Assembly: GCA_963665325.3 (NCBI GenBank)
Contig: CAXXWS020000001.1
Location: 64,001-128,000, forward strand
Length of the DNA stretch: 64,000 bases
Direction of reading: 5' to 3'
Source: Alphaproteobacteria bacterium
GTDB lineage: Bacteria; Pseudomonadota; Alphaproteobacteria; Bin95
The notes beneath the pieces are model-generated. The model was not told the origin of the DNA and did not search any database. It saw only the letters and a list, made by a program, of their open reading frames with translations. Shown in pieces: positions 1 through 11,053 of this stretch. The position numbers and the translations under genes were made by a program. Each line of letters begins with the position of its first letter. Within the stretch, counting starts at the first letter, position 1.

Positions 1-816
1 ATGGGGGTCGGGGCCTATGCCAGTGCGCTGCTGGCGAAGCAGCTTGGCGTTCCGGTGCCGCTCTCCATGCTCCTCGGCGGCTGCATGGCGGCCGCGACCG
101 CCGCGCTCCTGAGCTTCCCGTTGTTCCGGATGAAGGGTTTCTATTTCCTGATCGGCTCGTTCGCGGCCGGCGAAATCATCCGGCTGATCTGGAAACGCTT
201 CACCGATCCCTTCGGCGGTCCCAAGGGCCTGAAGCGCATCGACCCATTTCCCGACATCGAAACCGGTTTCCTGTCGATCGATTTCTACGAGCCGGTCAAC
301 TACTACTTCCTGGCGCTGGCCGTCGTCTCGGCCTCGCTGTTTGTCCTCTACCGCATCGAACGCTCGCGCATAGGACTGACCTTCCACGCAATCCACTGGC
401 AGGACCGGCTCGCCGAATCTGTCGGCGTGGACACGTTCCGCTACCGCACCCTCGCCTTCGTCATTGCCTCCTTTTTCGCCGGAATCGCCGGCGGCCTGTA
501 CGCCCACTATATCGGCGCAGTGAACCCGACCCGTTTCAGCGTCGACCAGATGGTCTATGTCCTTGTCTGGGCAATCGTCGGCGGCACCGCCACCTTCCAC
601 GGCCCGATCCTCGGTGTTGTCGTGCTCACCGTCATCAACGAAATTGTCCTGCGCGCGCTGGGTCTGGACACGGCGCGTCCCCTGATCTACGGCGCCATCC
701 TGATCCTCTCCGTCCTCTACCTCCCGAACGGGCTTGAAAGCCTCGGACCCCGGCTGCGGGCCCAGTGGCAGCGTCGGCGCGGCGGGCCGCCCGCGGCCGG
801 AAGTGAGCCGGCATGA
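1..816 (+). CDS. livM: Branched-chain amino acid ABC transporter permease (LivM-like), probably 5'-partial at the window edge
   Basis: Hydrophobic ORF with GFYFLIGSFAAGE, AESVGVD and VGGTATFHGPILG motifs; precedes two ABC ATPases. Confidence 0.85.
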   Translation: MGVGAYASALLAKQLGVPVPLSMLLGGCMAAATAALLSFPLFRMKGFYFLIGSFAAGEIIRLIWKRFTDPFGGPKGLKRIDPFPDIETGFLSIDFYEPVNYYFLALAVVSASLFVLYRIERSRIGLTFHAIHWQDRLAESVGVDTFRYRTLAFVIASFFAGIAGGLYAHYIGAVNPTRFSVDQMVYVLVWAIVGGTATFHGPILGVVVLTVINEIVLRALGLDTARPLIYGAILILSVLYLPNGLESLGPRLRAQWQRRRGGPPAAGSEPA

Positions 817-1610
817 GTGTGCATGGTGAACGGCCGATTCTCGAAGCCCGCGGGCTGACCCGCCGGTTCGGCGGCTTGGTGGCGGTCGACAATTTCAGTT
901 TCTCGGTACACGAGGGTGCGATCCACGGCCTGATCGGGCCGAACGGTGCAGGAAAGACGACGACCTTCAACGTGATCAGCGGTTTCTACGCGCCGACCGC
1001 CGGGCGGGTGTTCTTTCGCGGCCTCGACATCTCAGGCCGCAAGACCAGCGCGCTCGCTGCGATGGGGCTGGTACGCACATTCCAAGGCTCGACCTTGTTC
1101 CAGGAATTTTCGGTCCTCGACAATGTCCGGGTCGGGCGCCATCTCGGCGCCCGGGCCGGTTTCCTCAGCCGCCTGATCGGCACGGACCGGGCGTCCGAGC
1201 GGGAAGCGGACGACAAGGCGCGGGAAACGCTGGCCTTTTTCGGACTGAAGGAACTGGCCGACGAGCCGGTGTCGAACCTGCCGCACGGCCACCAGCGAAT
1301 GCTCGGCATGGCGGTCGCGCTCGCGGCCGAGCCGAAGGTGCTGCTGCTCGACGAGCCCTTCACCGGCATGAACCCCGAGGAGACGCGGCGCATGATGGCG
1401 CTGGTCCGGCGCATCCGCGACCGGGGCGTCACCGTCATGCTGGTCGAGCACGACATGCAGGCGGTGATGAATCTGTGCGACACCATCACGGTGATGAATT
1501 TCGGCGCCCTGCTGGTCGAGGGCGCGCCGGAGGCGGTGCGCAACGATCCCGCGGTCATCGAGGCCTATCTCGGTTCCGCCACCGGCAACGGAGCCGGCGA
1601 TGCTGCTTGA
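813..1610 (+). CDS. livG: ABC transporter ATP-binding protein (LivG-like)
   Basis: GPNGAGKTT Walker A, LLLDEP Walker B, VEHDM, C-terminal VIEAYLG. Confidence 0.9.
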   Translation: MSVHGERPILEARGLTRRFGGLVAVDNFSFSVHEGAIHGLIGPNGAGKTTTFNVISGFYAPTAGRVFFRGLDISGRKTSALAAMGLVRTFQGSTLFQEFSVLDNVRVGRHLGARAGFLSRLIGTDRASEREADDKARETLAFFGLKELADEPVSNLPHGHQRMLGMAVALAAEPKVLLLDEPFTGMNPEETRRMMALVRRIRDRGVTVMLVEHDMQAVMNLCDTITVMNFGALLVEGAPEAVRNDPAVIEAYLGSATGNGAGDAA

Positions 1611-2307
1611 GATCGGCGATATCGAGGTGCGCTACCAGAAGACCGTGGCGCTCAAGGGCGTTTCGATGACGGTGCCGGCGGGCGGCATCGTGACCATCAT
1701 CGGCGCCAACGGCGCCGGAAAGACAACGACCCTGCGCGCCATTTCCGGGCTGGAACCGCTGACCCGGGGAGAAATCCGCTTCGACGATGCAAGGATCGAC
1801 GGACTGGCGCCGGAAGAGATCGTGCGCCGGGGCATCGCCCATGTGCCGGAGGGGCGGCGGGTGTTTCCGGACCTGACGGTCGAGGAAAACCTGCACACGG
1901 GCGCCTTCTTGCGCACGGACAAGGCAGCCATCCAGGCGTCGCTGGCGGAGGTGTTCGACCGCTTCCCGCGCCTCGCCGAGCGGCGCCGGCAATGGGCGCG
2001 GTCGATGTCCGGCGGCGAGCAGCAGATGCTGGCGATCGGCCGGGCGTTGATGAGCGCGCCCCGCATGCTGTTGCTGGACGAGCCGTCGATGGGCCTGTCA
2101 CCAGTGATGGTCCAGGAGATCGCGCGGATCGTTATCGATATCTCGGGGCGCGGCATCCCGGTCGTGCTGGTCGAACAGAATGCGGAGATGGCGCTGCGGC
2201 TGGCGCGGTATGCCTATGTGCTTGAAACCGGGGCTGTGGCGCTGGAGGGCCCGGCAGGCGACCTGCACGAGAACGCTCACGTTCGCCGTGCATATCTCGG
2301 CGGATAA
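1600..2307 (+). CDS. livF: ABC transporter ATP-binding protein (LivF-like)
   Basis: GANGAGKTT, MSGGEQQM signature, LLDEPSMGL, VRRAYLGG. Confidence 0.9.
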   Translation: MLLEIGDIEVRYQKTVALKGVSMTVPAGGIVTIIGANGAGKTTTLRAISGLEPLTRGEIRFDDARIDGLAPEEIVRRGIAHVPEGRRVFPDLTVEENLHTGAFLRTDKAAIQASLAEVFDRFPRLAERRRQWARSMSGGEQQMLAIGRALMSAPRMLLLDEPSMGLSPVMVQEIARIVIDISGRGIPVVLVEQNAEMALRLARYAYVLETGAVALEGPAGDLHENAHVRRAYLGG

Positions 2308-2532
2308 CACCGGCAGGACAGCGGCGGATGCGGGCGGCACGATGGTCGCGAGGTCGTGGCGGCCATCGAGCTCGCCGGCGGCATATGCCTAGCCATTGCA
2401 CCCGGGAGGCGTCCACTCACGGCTCGGGGCCGGGGCGGGAGGGATCCGGAGCGCATGCAATCCGGTTCCGGGGATGGTAAACGGTGCATCTTCGCACTCC
2501 CTGCATACCCGATGCCCGTGAAGGACGACGAC

Positions 2533-3408
2533 ATGACCGACGCCTCCGCTTACGAACCGCCGAAAGTCTGGACTTGGGAGCGCGAGAGCGGCGGCCGCTT
2601 CGCCTCGGTCAACCGCCCCATCGCCGGCGCCACGCATGAGCAGGAGCTGCCGCGCGGCAAACACCCGCTCCAGCTCTATTCGCTGGCCACGCCCAACGGC
2701 GTGAAGGTCACGGTGATGCTGGAGGAGCTGCTGGCGGCCGGGCACAGCGGTGCGGAATACGACGCCTATGTCATCAGGATTGGCGACGGCGACCAGTTCG
2801 GCTCCGGTTTCGTCGCCATCAACCCGAACTCGAAAATTCCGGCGCTTGTCGATCACTCCACGCCGAAGCCGACGCGGGTGTTCGAATCCGGCGCGATCCT
2901 GCTCTATCTCGCCGAGAAGTTCGGCGCCTTCATTCCGGAAGATCCCACGGAGCGGGCGGAATGCCTCTCCTGGCTGTTCTGGCAGATGGGCTCCGCGCCC
3001 TATCTGGGTGGCGGCTTCGGGCATTTCTATGCCTATGCTCCCGAGAAATTCCAATATCCGATCGACCGCTACACGATGGAAGTGAAGCGCCAGCTCGACG
3101 TGCTCGACAGGCAGCTCGCCGAGACGCGTTTCGTGGGGGGCGACGACTACACCGTCGCCGACATGGCGATCTGGCCGTGGTACGGCGTGCTGACCACGAA
3201 TGCGCTCTACGACGGAGCGGAGTTCCTAGGGGCGCAGGACTACAGGAATGTGGTGCGCTGGTACGAGGAGATCGCGGCGCGCGACGCCGTGATCCGGGGG
3301 CGCAAGGTGAACCGGATCAGGGGACCGCTCGAGGACCAGCTGCACGAGCGCCACGACGCATCCGATTTCGAGCTCCGTACCCAGGACAAGCTCGAACCGG
3401 CCGAATAG
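2533..3408 (+). CDS. yghU: Glutathione-dependent disulfide oxidoreductase (YghU-type GST)
   Basis: YEPPKVWTW, NRPIAGATHE, LYSLATPNGVKV, NPNSKIPAL, ERHDASDF; ATG 2533 chosen by similarity to the family N-terminus. Confidence 0.9.
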   Translation: MTDASAYEPPKVWTWERESGGRFASVNRPIAGATHEQELPRGKHPLQLYSLATPNGVKVTVMLEELLAAGHSGAEYDAYVIRIGDGDQFGSGFVAINPNSKIPALVDHSTPKPTRVFESGAILLYLAEKFGAFIPEDPTERAECLSWLFWQMGSAPYLGGGFGHFYAYAPEKFQYPIDRYTMEVKRQLDVLDRQLAETRFVGGDDYTVADMAIWPWYGVLTTNALYDGAEFLGAQDYRNVVRWYEEIAARDAVIRGRKVNRIRGPLEDQLHERHDASDFELRTQDKLEPAE

Positions 3409-3418
3409 GCGGCAGGAG

Positions 3419-5143
3419 GTGTCGACGATGGCGGACCTGCCGCAACAGCCGATGGTCACGGCGCGCCGCCATATGTGCGTCGCCGGCCACTATCTGGCGA
3501 CCGAGGCGGGTTTCGCCATGCTGGAGGCTGGCGGCAATGCTGTCGATGCGGGCGTTGCCGCCGGAATCGCGCTCGGCGTGGTCCACAGCGACCAGGTGCA
3601 GTTCTCCGGCGTGGCACCGATGCTCATCTATCTTGCCGAACGCGACGAGGTGGTAAGCATCGCCGGCCTCGGATACTGGCCAAAGGGGGCGAGCCTGGAG
3701 CTGTTTCGCGACCGGCATGGCGGCACGATCCCCGTCGGGCTGCTTCGCACGGTCGTGCCGGCCGCCCCCGATGCCTGGACCACCGCGCTGGCGAGGTTCG
3801 GCACGATGTCCTTCGCGGAGGTCGCCGCGCCCGCCATCCGCTATGCCCGCGAAGGCTTCACCGTGCATCCGGTTATGGCGAAATTCATTGCCCGCAACCG
3901 GGACCGCTACCGGATGTGGCCGGGCAATGCGGCGATCTGGCTGAAGGACGGCGAACCCCCGGCAGTGGGCGACCTGCTGGTGCAGGCCGACCTCGCCGCG
4001 ACCCTGCAATATATGGCGGACGAGGAAAGCGCCGCCTCCGGCGACCGCGGAGACGGACTCCGGGCGGCGCGCGACGCCTTTTACGTCGGCGACATCGCAA
4101 GCAAGATCGTCGCCTATCATGAGGCCAACGGCGGCCTGCTGACGGCCGCCGACCTTGCCGGCTACCGCACACCCGTCGAGGCGCCGGTCAGCATCGGGTT
4201 CGAGGACGTGCGGGTCTATAGCTGCCGTCCCTGGTGCCAGGGCCCGACCCTGCTGCAGATGCTGCGGATCCTGGAGGGCTGCGACCTTGCGGGCCTCGGG
4301 CACAACTCGGCCGACTATGTCCACACGCTGGCGGAGGCGATCAAGCTGGTCTTCGCGGACCGCGAGACGTTCTACGGCGACCCGAACGTGATCGACGTGC
4401 CCATCGACCGCCTGCTTTCGGCGGACTACGCCGAAGAGCGCCGGAGGGACATCGACCCGGCCCGCGCCTGGCCCGGAATGCCGCCGGCCGGGGAAATAGC
4501 CGGATATGGAGGCGTGAGCTTCATTCCGCCCGTGGACCGGTCGGCCTCGATTGCGGCAGCCGACACTTCCTACGCCTGCGCCATCGACAGCACCGGCAAC
4601 GTCTGTTCCGCAACGCCGAGCGATGTCTCCTTCGAGGGGCCAGCCATTCCCGGCCTGGGATTTTGCCCGTCCTCGCGCGGTTCGCAGTCCTTCGCGCTCG
4701 CCGGGCATGCCTCGGCCGTGGCGCCCGGCAAGCGGCCGCGCCTGACGCCGAATCCCGCGCTCGCGCTCGCGCCGGGTCGGCTGGCTATGCCGTTCGGCGC
4801 GCCGGGCGGCGATGCGCAGCCGCAGGGCATGTTGCAGGTCCTGTTGAACCATCTGGTCTTCGGCATGGACATCCAGCCGGCAATCGAGGCGCCGCGCTTC
4901 ACGACCCTGAGTCATCCGAACTCCTTCGAGCCCCATGAGGCGAAGCCGGGTCGGCTGGTTGTGGAGGAGGGGATTGCGCCGGAAGTCGGCGCCGACCTTG
5001 CAGCGCGGGGCCACGATGTGGAATGGCACGGGGCCCGTTCGGATGCGGTTGCCGGCGTGTGCGCGATCAGCGCGAATCTCGAGACCGGCCTGATCTGCGG
5101 CGGTGCCGACCCGCGCCGTTCCGGCCGGGCCATGGGATGGTGA
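3419..5143 (+). CDS. ggt: Gamma-glutamyltransferase family protein
   Basis: GGNAVDAGVA, DTSY nucleophile site, PGKRPRLTPNP, GAPGGDAQPQ, GADPRR. Confidence 0.88.
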   Translation: MSTMADLPQQPMVTARRHMCVAGHYLATEAGFAMLEAGGNAVDAGVAAGIALGVVHSDQVQFSGVAPMLIYLAERDEVVSIAGLGYWPKGASLELFRDRHGGTIPVGLLRTVVPAAPDAWTTALARFGTMSFAEVAAPAIRYAREGFTVHPVMAKFIARNRDRYRMWPGNAAIWLKDGEPPAVGDLLVQADLAATLQYMADEESAASGDRGDGLRAARDAFYVGDIASKIVAYHEANGGLLTAADLAGYRTPVEAPVSIGFEDVRVYSCRPWCQGPTLLQMLRILEGCDLAGLGHNSADYVHTLAEAIKLVFADRETFYGDPNVIDVPIDRLLSADYAEERRRDIDPARAWPGMPPAGEIAGYGGVSFIPPVDRSASIAAADTSYACAIDSTGNVCSATPSDVSFEGPAIPGLGFCPSSRGSQSFALAGHASAVAPGKRPRLTPNPALALAPGRLAMPFGAPGGDAQPQGMLQVLLNHLVFGMDIQPAIEAPRFTTLSHPNSFEPHEAKPGRLVVEEGIAPEVGADLAARGHDVEWHGARSDAVAGVCAISANLETGLICGGADPRRSGRAMGW

Positions 5144-5302
5144 CCGGAAGCGGAAACCGGCACGCAAGCAGGATGCCGGCGGCCCGTTCCGAGGCCAACT
5201 GGCGGCGAGGCCGCAGGCGTCGGGTATGCTGTCCGGCGAAATGAACTTGCGAGACGAACTCGTGCAGGGCAGGCAATGCGAACCAGACTGGAGGGTCGCG
5301 GG

Positions 5303-7036
5303 ATGAAGACGCGGGAATTCGAAGGCGGCGGCGCGGGGATACGGACCGTTCCCGTCTATCAGGCGTTGGCCGAGGACATCAAGGCGATGGGCGTCGACAC
5401 GGTCTTCGGGCTGATGAGCGATGACACGGCCGCTTTCGCGGTCACGCTGGACGCAATGGGAATCGGCCTGATCGGCGCGCGGCACGAGAATGTCGCCATA
5501 GGCATGGCCGACGGCTATGCGGCCGCAACGGGGCGGCTTGGCGTGGTCTGTGTCGGGCGGGGGCCTGCGCTCGCCAACGGGCTGCAGGCTGCCTCTTTCG
5601 CCGCGCGAACCGGCAATCCCGTTCTCATCATCTATGGCGAGGCGGCGCTGCCGGCTGGCCCGGCGAATGCCTTGGGCCCCGACTACAAGGCGCTCGACGG
5701 GCCGGGCGTGCTGAAGGCGGCCGGGGTCCGCGTGTTCGTACCCACCGGCGCCGCGACCGCCCGCGCCACGCTCGCGGATGCGGCCGCCCTTGCGCGGACC
5801 GGGCAGGCCGTGGCGCTGCTCCTGCCGGTCGATGTGCAGCATGCGGAAATCGCAGTCGAACCGGGCGAAGTGGCTCCGGAGCCGCTGGACGCCGGGCCGG
5901 TCCCCGCGCGTCCGGCGCTTCCGGCGCGCGCTCATGCAATCGCAGCCGCTGCGTCCCTTCTGGATGGGGCGAAGCGGCCGCTCATCCTTGCGGGCCACGG
6001 CGCCTGGAGGTCGGGCGCGCGCGACGCGCTGGTCCGGCTGGCGGAGAAGACCGGCGCGATGCTGTCCACGACGGCCAGGGGCAAGGACATGTTCCGGGGC
6101 CATCCGCTCAACCTCGGCATCATCGGCTCGTTCTCCCATTCCGCTGCGCGGCGCATGGCGGGCGAGTCCGATTGCGTGCTTGCGGTCGGCGCGGGTCTGA
6201 ACATCCTCACCATGAGCTTCGGCGAGTCGCTGCCGGATGCGCCGCTGATCCAGATTGACGCCTCGCGGGTCAGCATCGGCCGCTGGACTACGGCCGATGT
6301 CGCTGTGGTGGGCGACGCCAGGCTGGCTGTCGAACAACTTCTCGAAGCGACGGCGGACAAGCCGGCCGCCGACAAGCCCCAGCACAGCGCCGAGAGCATG
6401 GCCGTCCTCGGCAGCTTCACCATCGCAAACGACTTCCAGCCGGCCAATACGGCGCGCACGATCGACCCGCGCTCGCTTGCCGTCATGCTCGACCGGATGC
6501 TGCCGGAAGCCCGGAATGTCGTTTACGACGCGGGCAATTTCCTTGGTGCCGTGCCCTATCTGTCGGTCCCGGATCCCGGGCATTTCAAGATGACCAACGA
6601 TTTCGCCTCCATCGGGCTGGGGTTCGGCGCGGCGCTCGGCTTCGCCCGGGCGCGTCCGCAGATTCCGACGGTGTTCGTGGTGGGCGACGGCGGCTTCCTG
6701 ATGACCATGGGCGAGCTGGAAACCGTCGTGCGCGAGGACCTGCCACTGGTCATCGTGCTGATGAACGACTGTGCCTACGGCGCGGAACTACATCACCTGA
6801 GACTGCGCCAGCTCCCGGTCGCCAAATCGGTCTTCCCCGATGTCGATTTCGCGCCGGTCGCCGAGGCTTTCGGTTACGACGCCCACACGGTGCGCACGCC
6901 CGACGACCTGAGCGCGCTTGCCTCGTTGCTGGCGGCGCCCGACGGCCCGGTCTTCCTCGATTGCAAGATCAATGCCGACGTCGCCGCGCCGTTTATGAGC
7001 GAGGTCGCGGCGTACGAGGCGAAGCAGCACGCGTAA
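5303..7036 (+). CDS. Thiamine pyrophosphate-binding enzyme (acetolactate synthase-like superfamily)
   Basis: ARHENVAIGMADGYA and GDGGFLM...VLMND TPP-binding motif. Confidence 0.85.
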   Translation: MKTREFEGGGAGIRTVPVYQALAEDIKAMGVDTVFGLMSDDTAAFAVTLDAMGIGLIGARHENVAIGMADGYAAATGRLGVVCVGRGPALANGLQAASFAARTGNPVLIIYGEAALPAGPANALGPDYKALDGPGVLKAAGVRVFVPTGAATARATLADAAALARTGQAVALLLPVDVQHAEIAVEPGEVAPEPLDAGPVPARPALPARAHAIAAAASLLDGAKRPLILAGHGAWRSGARDALVRLAEKTGAMLSTTARGKDMFRGHPLNLGIIGSFSHSAARRMAGESDCVLAVGAGLNILTMSFGESLPDAPLIQIDASRVSIGRWTTADVAVVGDARLAVEQLLEATADKPAADKPQHSAESMAVLGSFTIANDFQPANTARTIDPRSLAVMLDRMLPEARNVVYDAGNFLGAVPYLSVPDPGHFKMTNDFASIGLGFGAALGFARARPQIPTVFVVGDGGFLMTMGELETVVREDLPLVIVLMNDCAYGAELHHLRLRQLPVAKSVFPDVDFAPVAEAFGYDAHTVRTPDDLSALASLLAAPDGPVFLDCKINADVAAPFMSEVAAYEAKQHA

Positions 7037-7336
7037 GGCCGGACGTTCCGGGGCCGCCCGGTTTTGCCTGCGTTGGGCGGCGAGACCGATCTGTGCGCCG
7101 GGCAGGTGCGCCGCGACCGGGCTGCTACCCACGGGAAATTCTCAATGGCCGCTTGCGGCGGGACAGGCGGCCGGAATCCGTGTCGTTCGGCTTGGATATA
7201 GGACGCCGACAAGCGCTAAACCGTAGTGATCCTGTCCGGTTGCTTGCCGGGCTTGTGATCGCCGCGGCATCTCCCATAGCCTGTCATGATCGGACGCCAG
7301 ATGCCGTTCAGGCGGCTTGGCTCGACGGAGGCGAGG

Positions 7337-8650
7337 ATGAAACGCCAACTCCACCTGAACCTGTTCATGTATGCCCGCGGCCACCACGAGGCGGCCTGGC
7401 GGCACCCCAAGGCGACTCAGCACGAATTGCTGGACATAGACCATATCGTCGCCTGCGCGCAGAAGGCCGAGGCGGCGAACATGGATTCGATCTTCCTCGC
7501 CGATACGCTGGGTCTGGCGCCCGACTCGGACCGCACGGCCCGCATGTATCTGGACCCGTTCACCACACTGGCGGCAGTCGCCATGGCGACAAGCCGCATC
7601 GGGCTGATCGGCACGGCTTCGACAACGCACGCGGAGCCCTTCAATATCGCGCGCATGTTCGCCTCCCTGGACCATATCAGCCGGGGGCGGGCCGGTTGGA
7701 ACATCGTCACGTCCTTCTCCATCGCCGGCGCCAACAACTTCGACAGCAGGGGCCGGCGCTCCCATGCCGACCGGTACGAGCGGGCGGACGAGTTCGTGGA
7801 GGTCGCCAAGAAACTCTGGGACAGCTGGGCGGATGACGCCATCCTGGACGACCGCGAGGCCGGCTATTTCTACCGCCACGAGCGGGTAAGGCCCATCGAC
7901 CACCACGGCCCCCACTACGATGTGGCGGGGCCGCTGAACATCCCGCGCGGCCCCCAGGGGTGGCCGGTGCTCGTTCAGGCCGGGTCCTCGGACGCCGGCA
8001 AGAATTTCGCGGCAAGGCACGCCGAGGCGGTTTTCACCGCCCACATGACCAAGGCAACCGCGCAGGAATTCTATATGGACCTGAAGGCGCGAACGGTCGC
8101 CGGCGGACGGCCCGCCGACCAGTGCCTGATCCTGCCCGGCATCAGCATGATCATTGCCGGCACGGAGGTCGACGCCAAACGGATGGAGCGGGAACTCAAC
8201 GAGATGGCCGATGTCGAGACGAGCCTCTCACGCCTCTCCCAGCGCTTCGACGGTCACGACTTCTCGCATATCCCCCTCGACCGCGTGCTCACGGCCGGCG
8301 ATTTCCCCGACCCGGCCGAAAATCAGAGCTCGCGCGGCCGCACGGAGCTGATCGTAGGCGCTGTCGAGCGGGAAAGGCTGACGATGCGACAGCTCCTGGG
8401 AAAGCTGGCCGGCGCGCGTGGGCATTTCGTCATGGCGGGAACGCCCGAGCAGATCGCCGACACCATCGAAGAGTGGCTCGACGACGGCGCGGCCGACGGC
8501 TTCAACGTCATGCCGCTGCTTCTCCCGCATATGCTGGACGTGTTCGCCGACGAGGTCGTGCCGATCCTCAAGCGCCGCGGGCGCTTCCGCACGGAGTATA
8601 CTGGCGCGACGCTGCGCGACCACTACGGCCTGCAGCGGCCTGCTGCATAG
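7337..8650 (+). CDS. LLM-class FMN-dependent monooxygenase (NtaA/DszA/SnaA type)
   Basis: GHHEAAWRHP, FASLDHISRGRAGWNIVTS, QAGSS, TLRDHYGL. Confidence 0.88.
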   Translation: MKRQLHLNLFMYARGHHEAAWRHPKATQHELLDIDHIVACAQKAEAANMDSIFLADTLGLAPDSDRTARMYLDPFTTLAAVAMATSRIGLIGTASTTHAEPFNIARMFASLDHISRGRAGWNIVTSFSIAGANNFDSRGRRSHADRYERADEFVEVAKKLWDSWADDAILDDREAGYFYRHERVRPIDHHGPHYDVAGPLNIPRGPQGWPVLVQAGSSDAGKNFAARHAEAVFTAHMTKATAQEFYMDLKARTVAGGRPADQCLILPGISMIIAGTEVDAKRMERELNEMADVETSLSRLSQRFDGHDFSHIPLDRVLTAGDFPDPAENQSSRGRTELIVGAVERERLTMRQLLGKLAGARGHFVMAGTPEQIADTIEEWLDDGAADGFNVMPLLLPHMLDVFADEVVPILKRRGRFRTEYTGATLRDHYGLQRPAA

Positions 8651-8709
8651 CGCACTGGCAATGACGCAAGGCGGCCGCCGGGAGATTTCTCCAAAGAGGA
8701 ACGTTAGAT

Positions 8710-10032
8710 ATGGCAGATGGCATGCGAGCAAATGCAGGCGTGAGCGCGAACGCTGAGGCCGCGCGGTATATCGACGAAGCCATACGCGCGATTACGCTCA
8801 ACTACGGCGACGCCAACGGGTATCTGGCGCAGGCGCGCGAGGCCGATCCCGGCTGCGCGATGGCGGATATCCTCGAAGCCTGGCTTCTGGCGCTGACCAA
8901 GGACGGAGCCCAGCTTGCGCGCGCGCGGGAACTGCTCTCCGGCATCGCCGGGGCCGGGCTGACGAGGCGGGAGACGCAGCATCTGGCGGCGGTGCGCCAT
9001 GCTGCGAACGGCCGATGGCCGTCGGCCGTTGCCGTGCTTGACCGCCACCTGATGGAGGATCCGCACGATCTGGCGGGCCATCAATGCGCCCTTCGTCTCG
9101 ACGGCTATCTCGGCCGCTTCCATCGCGAGGCCGCCCGCGCCGCCCGCGCCCTGCCGTTCTGGTCGAAGGACGACCCCGGCTACGGCATCATGCTGTCGTT
9201 CTACGGTTTCGGCCTGGAGGAACTCGGGGACTTCGCCCGCGCGGAGGACGTCGCCCGCGCCGCAGCAGAGCTCACGCCTTACGGCTACTGGCCGCATCAC
9301 GCTGTCTCCCATGTATTGGAGATGACCGGCCGGCCGGACGAGGGCATCGCCTGGATGGAGGACCGCCTGCCCTACTGGTCCGATCCGAAATGCAACAACC
9401 GGGTCCATATCTGGTGGCACAAGGCGCTGTTCCACATCGAACTCGGCCAGTTCGAGGACGCGCTCGCGCTCTATGACGGCGAAATCCTGCCTGTGATGCG
9501 CGTTGCCGGCACACAACTCTGCAACGCTGCGTCGCTGCTCTGGCGGCTCGAGACGCTCGGTTGCGAGGCGGGCGAGCGCTGGAGCCGGCTGCTTCCGCTC
9601 TGGCAGGGGCTGCTCCCCGGCATGACGAGCCCGTTCAATGAGGTCCATGCCGCAATGACCGCGCTGCGCGCGGGCGACAGGGCCGCCTACGAGGCGGTGC
9701 TCGGCGGCATGAAGCGGACCGCCGCCGCGAACAGCGAGATCGCGCCCGCCTATCGGGACATTTCCATCCCCGCCGCCGAGGCGATGGCCTGCTTCGTCGA
9801 TCACGACTATGCCGGCGCCGTTGACGGTCTCCTCGCGGCCGAAGCCCATCTTTGGCGCATGGGCGGAAGCGTTGCGCAGCGCGATCTCGTGGCGTGGACG
9901 CTCACCGAGGCGGCCATCCGCTCAGGCCGGCGAAATGTTGCGCTGGCGCTCGCCAACGAACGGCTGGCGCTCAGACCCGGGAGCGCTGTGAACGGACACT
10001 TCCTGCAAGAGGCCCGGGCCATCGCCGCCTGA
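8710..10032 (+). CDS. Tetratricopeptide repeat protein 38 (TTC38)-like protein
   Basis: FGLEELG, HAVSHVLEM, HIWWHKALF, ASLLWRL, GGSVAQRD motifs. Confidence 0.8.
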   Translation: MADGMRANAGVSANAEAARYIDEAIRAITLNYGDANGYLAQAREADPGCAMADILEAWLLALTKDGAQLARARELLSGIAGAGLTRRETQHLAAVRHAANGRWPSAVAVLDRHLMEDPHDLAGHQCALRLDGYLGRFHREAARAARALPFWSKDDPGYGIMLSFYGFGLEELGDFARAEDVARAAAELTPYGYWPHHAVSHVLEMTGRPDEGIAWMEDRLPYWSDPKCNNRVHIWWHKALFHIELGQFEDALALYDGEILPVMRVAGTQLCNAASLLWRLETLGCEAGERWSRLLPLWQGLLPGMTSPFNEVHAAMTALRAGDRAAYEAVLGGMKRTAAANSEIAPAYRDISIPAAEAMACFVDHDYAGAVDGLLAAEAHLWRMGGSVAQRDLVAWTLTEAAIRSGRRNVALALANERLALRPGSAVNGHFLQEARAIAA

Positions 10033-10301
10033 CGCCCACTGAATGTGCGCCAGCAGACGAAAACCCGTTCAAATGCGGTTCATGGGCGACTATCTGGAGC
10101 GCCATGCAGATGATGTTCCCGAGTGTTGTCAGGCACCGGGTCTTGACCCATCGCGATCCAACCCGATCAATCGCCTAGGGCGCTGATCGGCGTTGAAGCA
10201 GTGCGCTGGGCTGGGGAACGACTGACCATGGGCCTTGGAATGAAGCACCGAGTTCGCGGACCGTGTCCGCAGACCCCTAGCACTTCTGGGAGGAGACAAG
10301 C

Positions 10302-11051
10302 ATGCCGTTTTTCGAAAAAGGCGACGCCCGCATCCGTTACGAGGAGGTCGGCAGCGGCTTTCCGCTTCTGGTTACCCCGGGCGGCGGCCTCAACTCTCGT
10401 ATGAGCAACTGGCCGACAGCGGTCATTAACGCGATGGACGTATTCAAGGACGACTTTCGCTGCATTACGATGGATCAGCGCAACGCCAATGGCGGCGAGA
10501 GTGTGGGGCCGATAGCCGTCGACGATCCGTGGGGCGCCTTCGCGGACGACCAACTCGGCCTGATGGATCACTTGGGCATCCGCGAATTCGCCTTCATGGG
10601 CTACTGTATCGGCGGTTGCTTCGCCGGAACGCTTCTCGACAGAGCCCCCGAGCGCGTCACCGCCGCAATATTCTGCCAGTCTGTGGGCCACCGTCCGGAA
10701 GACCCCGATGTCATGTACCGGTCCGGTCGGGACGGGTGGGCTCCCGAACTGCTCGCAGGGCGCCCCGACCTGACGCAGGACCAGGTCGACAAATATCTGC
10801 ACAATCTGTACCGGGCGAACCCCGACTTTCTCTACAGCGTGTCGCGGGAAGTAATCCGCAACTGCCGGACGCCGATTCTGGTACTACCGGACGACACTCC
10901 GTCTCACCCGCACCAGACCTCGGTGGACGTTGCCTCGCTGGCGCCGAGCGCCGAGATCACGGTCTTTCCGTGGACCTCTCCGCCTGAGCTGAAGGAACGC
11001 ACGATCGGGCGTGTACGCCAATTCATCCACACGCACGGTGCCGCGCCGTAG
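10302..11051 (+). CDS. Alpha/beta hydrolase (Cys at the nucleophile elbow)
   Basis: RIRYEEVGSG, MDQRNA, GYCIGG elbow; GGAGGAG RBS upstream. Confidence 0.8.
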   Translation: MPFFEKGDARIRYEEVGSGFPLLVTPGGGLNSRMSNWPTAVINAMDVFKDDFRCITMDQRNANGGESVGPIAVDDPWGAFADDQLGLMDHLGIREFAFMGYCIGGCFAGTLLDRAPERVTAAIFCQSVGHRPEDPDVMYRSGRDGWAPELLAGRPDLTQDQVDKYLHNLYRANPDFLYSVSREVIRNCRTPILVLPDDTPSHPHQTSVDVASLAPSAEITVFPWTSPPELKERTIGRVRQFIHTHGAAP

Positions 11052-11053
11052 AG

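Noticed and set aside
3317-6583. 1,088-aa minus-strand ORF and many other long antisense or alternate-frame ORFs (e.g. 28478-31084, 35579-37477, 58345-60117)
   Set aside because: Shadow ORFs expected in GC-rich DNA; they overlap well-supported genes and show no family motifs
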